Part shown: piece by piece, positions 29,631 to 38,117 of the stretch | Position numbering within the stretch: the stretch's first letter is position 1 | Layout: every line of letters begins with the position of its first letter | Origin: Candidatus Aminicenantes bacterium | GTDB taxonomy: Bacteria > Acidobacteriota > Aminicenantia > Aminicenantales > JAFGBC01 | Length of the DNA stretch: 64,000 nucleotides | Direction: 5' to 3' | Assembly: GCA_963702005.1 (NCBI GenBank) | Contig: OY969696.1 | Span: 2,112,001-2,176,000 of the forward strand | The notes under the pieces: generated by a model | Told to the model about the DNA's origin: nothing | The model's input: the letters and a program-made list of their open reading frames with translations, nothing else | Databases searched by the model: none | Translations under genes and position numbers: made by a program

Positions 29631-31016
29631 TCAGTTGCCGGGTCCTTTGTACATTCTAGCCCAGATCTGTTTGCCCTTCGCGTCGTACTTGACGGTCCCA
29701 AATCCGGAGCCGTTGCCAGAACCCTTGCTCTGTCCGGTGATATAGACGTTGCCCGCGCCGTCGACGGCAATGTCCATGGCGATATCGAGGCCGTTGCCCG
29801 GCCCGTTGTACGTTTTGGCCCAGACCAGCTTGCCGTTGGGGCCGTACTTAATGGTGAGGTAGTCGTAATTGTCCTTATTGGCGTGTGAAACCGAACCGTA
29901 TCCGGTGAGATAGACATTGCCCGAACCGTCCAACACAACGGCGTATGAAAAATCGTTGCCCTTGGCCGTCCCGTCATATCTTCGGACCCAGAGTTGTTCG
30001 CCGCCGGGGCTGTACTTGATAGTGGCGGAGTTGCTGCTATAAAGGGATGGACCTATGCTCCAACCCGTGACATAGGCATTCCCCGAGCCGTCCACCGCGA
30101 TGGCCGTGGGAAAATCGCCGTGGTTCGCCGGTCCGTCGTACCATCGGACCCAGAGTTGTTTGCCGCCGGGGCCGTACTTAATGGTGGCGTAGTCGCCGTC
30201 TATAGCGAGGTTATATTTACCCCAGGCGGTGATATAGACATTGCCCGAGCCGTCAACCGCCGCCGCCCGTGCCATTTCACTGTGGTTATCCGGCCCGCTG
30301 TACGTTCTTGCCCAAAGCTGTTTGCCGTTTGTGTCGTACTTGATGGTGAGGCATTCGTGAGTGTACCCCGGACCGTCTCTATCTCCAGTGACATAGGCAT
30401 TGCCCGAGCCGTCCACGACGATGGCCCGCGCGCCGGCGAAGCCGCTGTAGGGATCGGTATACCTTTGAGCCCAGAGCTGTTTGCCGCTTGTCATGTACTT
30501 GATTGTCACGACGTCTTTGCCCATAGCCGGACCGACGCTGACTCCGGTGACATAGACGTTGCTCTGTCCATCGACCGAAAGCGCGAACCCCTCATCCGCG
30601 CGGTTGCCAGTCCCGTTGTACCTTTTGGCCCAGAGCTGCTGGCCGTTTGTGTCGTATTTGATGGTCGCATAGTCGGAGTCGCTGCCCGAACCTTTGCTTT
30701 CTCCGCTGATAAAAACATTACCCGCGCCGTCCACCGCGATCGCCACGGCGCCGTCATAGCCGTTGCCGGGTCCGTTGTACCTATTGACCCAGAGCCGTTT
30801 ACCATTTGTGTTGTACTTGATGGTCGCATAGTCGTAATCGGTGCCCGAGCCCAAGCTGTGCCCGGTGACATAGACGTTGCCCGAGCCGTCCACGGCGATG
30901 GCGACGGCGTTATCGGTGAGGTCGGGGGTTCCGAGGCCGCGCCCTTCTCCTAGAAGAATCAGCAGGGGAACGGCGGTAAGGATGACTCCGACTGCGATCC
31001 AGGCCTTTTTCTTCAT
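29631..31016 (-). CDS. secreted SBBP beta-propeller repeat protein (paralog 3)
   Basis: Repeats AIAVDGSGNVYVTG...DYATIKY...GKQLW...YNGP. Confidence 0.9.
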   Translation of the reverse strand: MKKKAWIAVGVILTAVPLLILLGEGRGLGTPDLTDNAVAIAVDGSGNVYVTGHSLGSGTDYDYATIKYNTNGKRLWVNRYNGPGNGYDGAVAIAVDGAGNVFISGESKGSGSDSDYATIKYDTNGQQLWAKRYNGTGNRADEGFALSVDGQSNVYVTGVSVGPAMGKDVVTIKYMTSGKQLWAQRYTDPYSGFAGARAIVVDGSGNAYVTGDRDGPGYTHECLTIKYDTNGKQLWARTYSGPDNHSEMARAAAVDGSGNVYITAWGKYNLAIDGDYATIKYGPGGKQLWVRWYDGPANHGDFPTAIAVDGSGNAYVTGWSIGPSLYSSNSATIKYSPGGEQLWVRRYDGTAKGNDFSYAVVLDGSGNVYLTGYGSVSHANKDNYDYLTIKYGPNGKLVWAKTYNGPGNGLDIAMDIAVDGAGNVYITGQSKGSGNGSGFGTVKYDAKGKQIWARMYKGPGN

Positions 31017-31076
31017 CTCGCCCCTCCTTGGTACGCGACGGTCATTTTACATAGCGAGCAAGGATATCATCAATTG

Positions 31077-32423
31077 TCAATACTTAATGGTGGCAAAGTC
31101 GGAATCTGTGCCCGAGCCTTTGCTTTCTCCGGTGATATAGATATTGGCCGCGCCGTCCACGGCAACGGCACTAGCGCTGTCATAGTTATTGCCGGGTCCG
31201 TTGTACCTTTTGACCCAGATCTGTTTGCCGTTAGGGTCGTACATAATGGTGGCGAAGTCGGAATCGGTTCCGTTACCTACGCTCTCTCCGGTGACATAGA
31301 CGTTGCCCGAGCCGTCCACGGCAAGTGCCATTGCGCAGTCATAGTCGTTGCCGGGTCCGTTGTATCTTTTAATCCATAGCTGTTTGCCGTTTTTATTGAA
31401 CTTGAGGGTGGCAAAATCGTAATCGTTGCCCGAGCCCTTGCTCCATCCGGCGACATAGACGTTCCCCGAACCATCCACGGCAATGGCCTGTGCGCCATCG
31501 TTGTCCTTTCCCGGCCCGTTATATCTTTTAGCCCACATCAGTTTGCCGCTGGGGCTGTATTTTATCGTGACGAAGTCGTAATCGGTGCCCGAAACCAGGC
31601 TCTGTCCGGTAACATAGACATTGCCCGCGCCGTCCACGGCGACGGCCTGTGCTCTATCGGTGCCGTTGCCCGGCCCGTTATATCTCTTGGCCCATGTCTG
31701 TTTGCCGCTTTTACTGTACGTGATGGTCGCGTAGTCGCTGCCGGTGCCTGAGCCGGCGCTCTCGCCGGCGACATAGACGTTGCCAGAGCCGTCCACCGCG
31801 ATGGACCTCGGCCAATCCTGATTGTTGCCCGGCCCGTTATACCTTCGAACCCAAATCTCTTTGCCGCTCGCGTTGTACTTGATGGTGGCAAAGTCGGCGG
31901 CGGTGCCTGAGCCGGCGCTCATTCCTGTGATGTAGACGTAGCCCGAACCGTCCACCGCGATAGCGCGCGCCTCATCATATCCTCCGCCGTCGTACCTTTG
32001 AACCCAGAGCTGTTTGCCATTTGGGTCGTACTTGATGGTGGCAAAGTCGGAGGCGGTGCCCGATCCGGCGCTCTCTCCGGTGACCAAGACGTTGCCCGAG
32101 CCATCCACCTTAATGCCCGCTGCTCGATCCACGGCATTGCCCGGGCCGTTGTATCTTTTAACCCAGAGCTGTGTGCCGGTGGGGCTGTACTTGACGGTCG
32201 CGAAGTCGGCGTCCGTGCCCGATCCGGCGCTCTCGCCGGTGACATAGACGTTGCCCGAGGCGTCCACGGCTAAGGCCCGCGCACTGTCATCGCCGTTAGC
32301 CGGACCGTTATACCTCGCCACCCACTTTTCCGTTGGCGCGAGACCGCGCCCCTCGCCTAAAAGAATCAAAAAGGGAACCGCGGCGAGAATTAGGCTTATT
32401 GTGATCCACGCCCCCTTCTTCAT
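31077..32423 (-). CDS. secreted SBBP beta-propeller repeat protein (paralog 2)
   Basis: Same repeat; leader MKKGAWITISL. Confidence 0.9.
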   Translation of the reverse strand: MKKGAWITISLILAAVPFLILLGEGRGLAPTEKWVARYNGPANGDDSARALAVDASGNVYVTGESAGSGTDADFATVKYSPTGTQLWVKRYNGPGNAVDRAAGIKVDGSGNVLVTGESAGSGTASDFATIKYDPNGKQLWVQRYDGGGYDEARAIAVDGSGYVYITGMSAGSGTAADFATIKYNASGKEIWVRRYNGPGNNQDWPRSIAVDGSGNVYVAGESAGSGTGSDYATITYSKSGKQTWAKRYNGPGNGTDRAQAVAVDGAGNVYVTGQSLVSGTDYDFVTIKYSPSGKLMWAKRYNGPGKDNDGAQAIAVDGSGNVYVAGWSKGSGNDYDFATLKFNKNGKQLWIKRYNGPGNDYDCAMALAVDGSGNVYVTGESVGNGTDSDFATIMYDPNGKQIWVKRYNGPGNNYDSASAVAVDGAANIYITGESKGSGTDSDFATIKY

Positions 32424-32495
32424 GGCTTCCCTCCTTGCAGGAACGCGCCCGGCGGCCGGCTCCTTCAGGAGCCGGTCGGGCCCGCGGGCCCAATA

Positions 32496-33857
32496 TCAAT
32501 ATTTAATGGTGGCGACGTCGATATCGGTGCCAGAGCCTTTGCTTTCTCCAGTGATATAGACATGGCCCGCGCCGTCCACCGCGATGTCCGCTGCTGCATC
32601 AAAGCCGTTACCCGGTCCGTTGTACCTTTTAATCCAGATCTGTTGACCGTTGGAATTGTACTTGATGGTAGCGAAATCGGAATTGCTGTTTGAGCCCTCG
32701 CTCCATCCTGTGATAAAGACATTCGCCGCGCCGTCCAAGGCAATTGCCACTGCTTCATCCATGCCGCTAGCCGGCCCGTTGTACCGTTTGACCCAGAGCT
32801 GTTTTCCGTTTGTGTCGTACTTTACGGTGAGGTAGTCGTAATTGTAATCTGAAATTCTGCTCTGTCCGGTGACATAGACATTGCCCGAGCCGTCCACGGC
32901 GAGTGCCCTGGGCATATCAAAGCTATTGCTCGCCACGCTAAGCCTTTGGACCCAGAGGCGTTTGCCGTTAGTATTATATTTTATTGTGGCGTAGTCGAAA
33001 TAGGTGCCCAAACCTCTACTGGCTCCGGCGATATAGACATTGCCGAAACCGTCCAAGGCAAGACATAAGGCGAAATCAGGTCCGTTATCGGGGCCGTTAT
33101 ATCTTTTAATCCAGAGTTCTTTGCCGTCGGGGCCGTACTTGATGGTGGCAAAGTCGCCTTTGCGGACGGATATGCCGCCTTCTCCTCCGGTGACGTAGAC
33201 GTTCCCGGTGTCATCGACGGCGATTGCTTGAGGGCAATCCGAGTCGTCCGGGGGCCCATTATACCTTCTGACCCAGAGTTGCGCGCCGTTCATGTCGTAT
33301 TTGATAGTCGCAAAGTCAAAGGTAGCGTGAATGCCTGTGCTCCAGCTGATGCCGGTGACATAGACGTTGCCCGAAACGTCAACGGCTATGTTTCCAGCCT
33401 CGTCAATTCCGTTCCCGGGTCCATTGTACCTTCGGATCCAGATTTGTTTGCCGTTTGTATTGTACTTGATGGTAGCGTAGTCATATTCGGTACCGGAGCC
33501 TTCGCTATATCCCGTGATATAGACATTGCCCGAGCCGTCTACCGCAATGTCCGCCGCTATATCCCTGGCATTGCCCGGCCCGTTGTATCTTTTGACCCAG
33601 ATTTGTTTGCCGTTTATGTTGTACTTGATGGTCGTGAAGTCGGCTTGCGTGCCCGAACCGGCGCTCTCTCCTGTGACATAGACATTGCCAGCGCCGTCCA
33701 CGGCAATGGCCCAGCCGCCATCGAATTTGTTACCGGGCCCGTTATACCTCGCTACCCACTTCTCCGTTGGCGCAAGGTCGCGCCCCGCGCCCAAAAGAAT
33801 TAAAAAGGAAACCGCGGCGAGAAACAAGCTTATCGTGATCCACGCCCCCTTCTTCAT
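32496..33857 (-). CDS. secreted SBBP beta-propeller repeat protein (paralog 1)
   Basis: Same repeat and leader; AAGGAGG RBS. Confidence 0.9.
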   Translation of the reverse strand: MKKGAWITISLFLAAVSFLILLGAGRDLAPTEKWVARYNGPGNKFDGGWAIAVDGAGNVYVTGESAGSGTQADFTTIKYNINGKQIWVKRYNGPGNARDIAADIAVDGSGNVYITGYSEGSGTEYDYATIKYNTNGKQIWIRRYNGPGNGIDEAGNIAVDVSGNVYVTGISWSTGIHATFDFATIKYDMNGAQLWVRRYNGPPDDSDCPQAIAVDDTGNVYVTGGEGGISVRKGDFATIKYGPDGKELWIKRYNGPDNGPDFALCLALDGFGNVYIAGASRGLGTYFDYATIKYNTNGKRLWVQRLSVASNSFDMPRALAVDGSGNVYVTGQSRISDYNYDYLTVKYDTNGKQLWVKRYNGPASGMDEAVAIALDGAANVFITGWSEGSNSNSDFATIKYNSNGQQIWIKRYNGPGNGFDAAADIAVDGAGHVYITGESKGSGTDIDVATIKY

Positions 33858-34101
33858 GGCTTCCCTCCTTAAAGGGTTAAGAAAATAAACTGGTCGCAAA
33901 ACATGGCAACAGAAGAATCGAACGGCACGAGGATGACAGTCATCAACGGCATTCCCTCTTTTTTTAATGATAGTGTAGGCTGATATCCGATGTCAAATAT
34001 ACCATTAACGCGCCCGGCGGCTTTTCTTGCGGGAAGGGGAGGGCAAGGTTGGCGAAAAGGGGACGCCCCAGCCTTCGAGGGAGCGAAAACCGATAACTCG
34101 T

Positions 34102-34425
34102 CTACATTAAAAAATAGAACGGCCGGCGCATCCTTGAATAGATCCGGGCCCGGATTGTCTCCATGGTCAGGGCCAGCCCCGGATCCTCGGCCAGCTCCTT
34201 CAGGAATCGCGAACGGTTGCGGGACAAGGCCGCCGAGCTGAGCCGGAAATAGCGGAGGATTTCCGCGCGCCCGATTCCGCTCCAGGTTTCGCACAAAAAC
34301 AGGACGATTTTCCGGCAAAGCGCGGGGTCAAGCGGCATAACGGATTCGGCCTCCTGGACGATGAGATGGACGGAGGGGAGCGCTCTCTTTCTTTGCGAGT
34401 TCAAGCCCAGGAGAGATCTTGACAT
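34102..34425 (-). pseudogene. possible C-terminal DnaA_C-like HTH remnant of a REP-associated tyrosine transposase
   Basis: RKIVLFLCETWSGIGRAEILRYFRLSSAALSRNRSRF...EDPGL resembles the C-terminal HTH of long RAYT/IS200-like proteins; no HUH domain seen. Confidence 0.45.
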
Positions 34426-34549
34426 GGACGCCGCCCGCCGCGCCGTTTTCCCCGATCCGTAAGATTAAGACGCGGCAGGGGACGACTCTTTCTCAATTAA
34501 GCCGCGGCCGCATTTGTGCTATGATATCGCCCGAAGGAGAAGACGGCCC

Positions 34550-35722
34550 ATGATCGAAGGTCAGGACGCCCCGGGACGGAAGGCGAGGCTTCGCTACGGC
34601 ATGGTCGGCGGCGGACGGGGCGCCTTTATCGGCGACGTCCATCGCAAGGCCATCGCCATGGACGGCAGGGCCGCCCTCGTCGCCGGCTGCTTTTCCCAAT
34701 CCCACGAAAACACTCTCGCGACGGGCGAGGCGCTTAGGATCGATCAGAGCCGCCTGTACCGTTCCTACAAGGAGATGATCGAAGCCGAGGCGCGCCGCGA
34801 CGACCGGATCCAGTTCCTGGTCGTCGTCACGCCCAACGACTCCCACTACGACATCGCCCGGCGCGCCCTCGAAGCCGGCTTCCACGTCGTCTGCGACAAG
34901 CCGCTGACGACCTCGAGCCGCCAGGCCGAGGAGCTTGCCCGGCTGGCCGCCTCGCGCCGCCTTCTTTTCTGCGTCAGCTACGCCTATTCCGCCTATCCGC
35001 TCGTCAAACACGCCCGGGCCCTGGTAGCCGCCGGCGAGCTGGGGACGATCCGCTTCGTGAGCGCCGAATATCCCCAGGAATGGCTGGCGACCCTTCTGGA
35101 AAAGACGGGCCAGAAGCAGGCCGCCTGGCGGACCGATCCGGCCCGGGTCGGGATCTCGAACTGCGTCGGCGACATCGGGAGCCACATCGAGCACACGGTC
35201 GCCTACACGACCGGGCTCCGGATCGATTCTCTGTTGGCGCGGCTCGACCGCTTCGGCGAAGGCCGAGCCCTCGATGACAACGCCTCGATCATGGTCAATT
35301 ATGAGGGGGGCGCCAAGGGCCTCTTCTGGTGCTCCCAGATCGCGGTCGGCCACGATAACGGCCTCCGCGTCCGTGTCTATGGCACCAAGGGCTCTTTCGA
35401 ATTCGCCCAGGAAACTCCCAACGTCCTCAAGGTCAGTTTCCTCGACCGGCCCACCGCGACCATCTCCCGCGGCCGCGACCCGATGGCGCCGCGGGCCCAG
35501 GCCCTGTCCCGGATTCCGTCGGGCCACCCCGAGGGCTATTTCGAGTGCTTCGCCAACATCTATGCGACCTATATCACGGCCCTGGCCAAGACGCTGGCCG
35601 GCGAGACGCCGACGGCCGATGACCTGGATTTCCCTAACGCCGAGGACGGAGTCCGCGGCGTCCGCTTCATCGAGAAATGCGTCGAGAGCTCCGAAAAGGG
35701 AGCGGTTTGGGTAAAGTTTTAG
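34550..35722 (+). CDS. cytoplasmic Gfo/Idh/MocA oxidoreductase
   Basis: GMVGGGRGAFIG, CDKP, GDIGSH, GHPEGY. Confidence 0.93.
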   Translation: MIEGQDAPGRKARLRYGMVGGGRGAFIGDVHRKAIAMDGRAALVAGCFSQSHENTLATGEALRIDQSRLYRSYKEMIEAEARRDDRIQFLVVVTPNDSHYDIARRALEAGFHVVCDKPLTTSSRQAEELARLAASRRLLFCVSYAYSAYPLVKHARALVAAGELGTIRFVSAEYPQEWLATLLEKTGQKQAAWRTDPARVGISNCVGDIGSHIEHTVAYTTGLRIDSLLARLDRFGEGRALDDNASIMVNYEGGAKGLFWCSQIAVGHDNGLRVRVYGTKGSFEFAQETPNVLKVSFLDRPTATISRGRDPMAPRAQALSRIPSGHPEGYFECFANIYATYITALAKTLAGETPTADDLDFPNAEDGVRGVRFIEKCVESSEKGAVWVKF

Positions 35723-35733
35723 AGGAGGCGACC

Positions 35734-36729
35734 ATGGCGCGACCCGTGACGCTCTTCACCGGACAGTGGGCCGATCTTCCCTTCGAGGAGATCTGCAAGA
35801 AGGCGAGCCGCTGGGGCTACGACGGCCTCGAGATCGCATGCTGGGGCGATCACCTCGACGTCCGCAAGGCGGCCTCGGATAAAGCCTACGTCGAAAAGAA
35901 GAAAGCGATCCTCAAGAAATATAAGCTCGGCTGCTGGGCCCTGGGCGCCCATCTGTCCGGCCAGTGCGTCGGCGACAGCCACGACAAGCGGCTCGACGCG
36001 TTCGCCCCGGCCCGCCACAAGGGCAAGCCCGACGACATCCGGGCCTGGGCCGTCAACGAAATGAAGGCGACGGCCCACGCCGCCCGGGCCATGGGCTGCA
36101 CGGTCGTCACCGGCTTCATGGGGTCGCCGATCTGGAAGGCCTGGTACTCCTTCCCGCCCACGACCGAGGAGATGATCCAGAAGGGGTTCGAGCGGATCAG
36201 GGAGCTCTGGACGCCCATCCTGGACGAATTCGACAAGTGCGGCGTCAAGTTCGGGCTCGAAGTTCATCCGACCGAGATCGCCTACGACTTCTACACGACC
36301 CAGCGCCTGTTCGCGGTCTTCAACGGCCGCCAGGCCCTCGGCCTCAATTTCGACCCCAGCCACCTCGTCTGGCAGGGGATGGAGCCGCAGCTCTTCATCC
36401 GCGAGTTCGGCGAGCGGATCTACCACGTCCACATGAAGGACGTCGCCGTAACGCTCGACGGCCGGGCCGGCATCCTCGGCTCGCACTTGCCCTTCGGCGA
36501 CCTGCGGCGGGGCTGGAACTTCCGGTCGCTCGGCCACGGCGACGTCGACTTCGACGCCGTCGTCCGGGAGCTCAACGCGGCCGGCTACCAGGGCCCGCTC
36601 TCGGTCGAGTGGGAGGACAACGGCATGGACCGCGAAGCGGGCGCCAAGGAGTCCCTCGAGTTCGTCCGGTCCGTCAACTTCGCCCCCTCCGGGGTTGCCT
36701 TCGACAAAGATATGAAAGCCAAGACATGA
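35734..36729 (+). CDS. sugar phosphate isomerase/epimerase (AP_endonuc_2 TIM barrel)
   Basis: LFTGQWADL, EVHPTE, FDPSH, HVHMKD, SVEWED. Confidence 0.92.
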   Translation: MARPVTLFTGQWADLPFEEICKKASRWGYDGLEIACWGDHLDVRKAASDKAYVEKKKAILKKYKLGCWALGAHLSGQCVGDSHDKRLDAFAPARHKGKPDDIRAWAVNEMKATAHAARAMGCTVVTGFMGSPIWKAWYSFPPTTEEMIQKGFERIRELWTPILDEFDKCGVKFGLEVHPTEIAYDFYTTQRLFAVFNGRQALGLNFDPSHLVWQGMEPQLFIREFGERIYHVHMKDVAVTLDGRAGILGSHLPFGDLRRGWNFRSLGHGDVDFDAVVRELNAAGYQGPLSVEWEDNGMDREAGAKESLEFVRSVNFAPSGVAFDKDMKAKT

Positions 36730-38117
36730 TATTCAAAGGAATTCATACTCCTCGGGTCGTTTCGCGCCGCGCCTTCCTGAGGTCCTCGGCCGCGGCGGGA
36801 CTGGGCGCCGCGCTGGCCGCCGGAGCCTTGGGAGAGGAAGCGCGAAACGGAATGCCCCAAACGCCCGCTAAGCCGCAGGATTCGGAACATGCTCCCGGCG
36901 ACCTTCGGGTAGCCCTGATCGGCGCGGGCGAGCAGGGCCGGGTCCTGATTGAATCCTGCCTTCGCATCCCGGGTGTCCGGATCGTCGCCCTGTGCGATAT
37001 CTGGGAGTACAGCCGCCAGTACGCGAGCGGATACCTCCGCAAGTACGGCCAGCCCGTGACGCTCTACGAGGACTACCGCGAGCTCCTGGCCAAGGAGAAG
37101 GGGCTCGACGCGGCGATCGTCGCGACGCCCGACTGGATGCACGCCGAACACGCCAACGCCTGCCTGGAGGCCGGACTCCCCGTCTACTGCGAGAAAGAGA
37201 TGTCGAACTCGCTCGACAAGGCCCGCTCCATGGTCGAGACGGCCCGGCGGACCGGACGGCTCCTCCAGATCGGCCATCAGCGCCGCTCCAACCCCCGCTA
37301 CCTCCATGCCATCGACCGCCTCATCCGGGAGCGCCGGCTCCTGGGCCGGGTCAACCTGGCCTACGCTCAGTGGAACAGGTCCAAGGCCGACATGCTCGGC
37401 TGGCCCAAAAAGTACACTCTCGACGCGGCGACGCTGGATCGTTTCGGCTACGGCTCCATGACCGAATTCCGCAACTGGCGCTGGTACAAGAAATACGGCG
37501 GCGGTCCGATCGTGGACCTCGGCTCGCACCAGATCGACCTGTTCGGCTGGGTGTTCGGGACGAACCCGGCCACGGTCGTCGCCAGCGGCGGCGTCGATTA
37601 TTACAAAGGCCGCGAGTGGTACGACAACGTCATGGCCATTTACGAGTTCGAAACGGCCCAGGGCGCGGCCCGGGCCTTCTACCAGGTCCAGACGACGACC
37701 AAGCACGGGGGCTTCTACGAAACGTTCATGGGCGACGACGGCTCGCTCGTCATCTCCGAAGTCGCCCAGAGGGGCAACTGGGCCATGCGCGAGGCCCACG
37801 CCCCCGAATGGGATTCCCTGGTCAAGGAGGGTTTGCTCCTGAGCGAGGCGGCCCCCATCCAAAAGGTCGACACCCGGAATATCTTCGTCGACGTCCGGGT
37901 CACGGCCGAGGCGGGCCGCTGGCCGCTGCCGGTCGACCTGGCCAAGCCCGCTCACCAGCCTCATCTCGAGAATTTCTTCAGTGCCGTCCGGAGCGGGACG
38001 CCGCTCAGCTGTCCGGCCGAGCTGGCCTACGAAAGCGCGGTGGCCGTCCTCAAGGTCAACGACGCCGTCCGGTCCCGGGATCTCATCCGCTTCCGGGCCG
38101 GGGAGTTCAGGGCATGA
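36726..38117 (+). CDS. Tat-exported Gfo/Idh/MocA oxidoreductase
   Basis: SRRAFLR; IGAGEQG; CEKEM; DLGSHQID; ATGA overlap with upstream gene. Confidence 0.9.
   Translation: MIFKGIHTPRVVSRRAFLRSSAAAGLGAALAAGALGEEARNGMPQTPAKPQDSEHAPGDLRVALIGAGEQGRVLIESCLRIPGVRIVALCDIWEYSRQYASGYLRKYGQPVTLYEDYRELLAKEKGLDAAIVATPDWMHAEHANACLEAGLPVYCEKEMSNSLDKARSMVETARRTGRLLQIGHQRRSNPRYLHAIDRLIRERRLLGRVNLAYAQWNRSKADMLGWPKKYTLDAATLDRFGYGSMTEFRNWRWYKKYGGGPIVDLGSHQIDLFGWVFGTNPATVVASGGVDYYKGREWYDNVMAIYEFETAQGAARAFYQVQTTTKHGGFYETFMGDDGSLVISEVAQRGNWAMREAHAPEWDSLVKEGLLLSEAAPIQKVDTRNIFVDVRVTAEAGRWPLPVDLAKPAHQPHLENFFSAVRSGTPLSCPAELAYESAVAVLKVNDAVRSRDLIRFRAGEFRA

Noticed and set aside
29631-33857. Periodic nucleotide repeats as a non-coding array
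   Set aside because: Fully explained by SBBP protein repeats in open frames
35964-38113. Long 5' extensions of the 717-aa and 1155-aa ORFs as giant fusion proteins
   Set aside because: Arg/Pro-rich off-frame reads over real genes; true starts are at 36726 and 38114 with ATGA coupling
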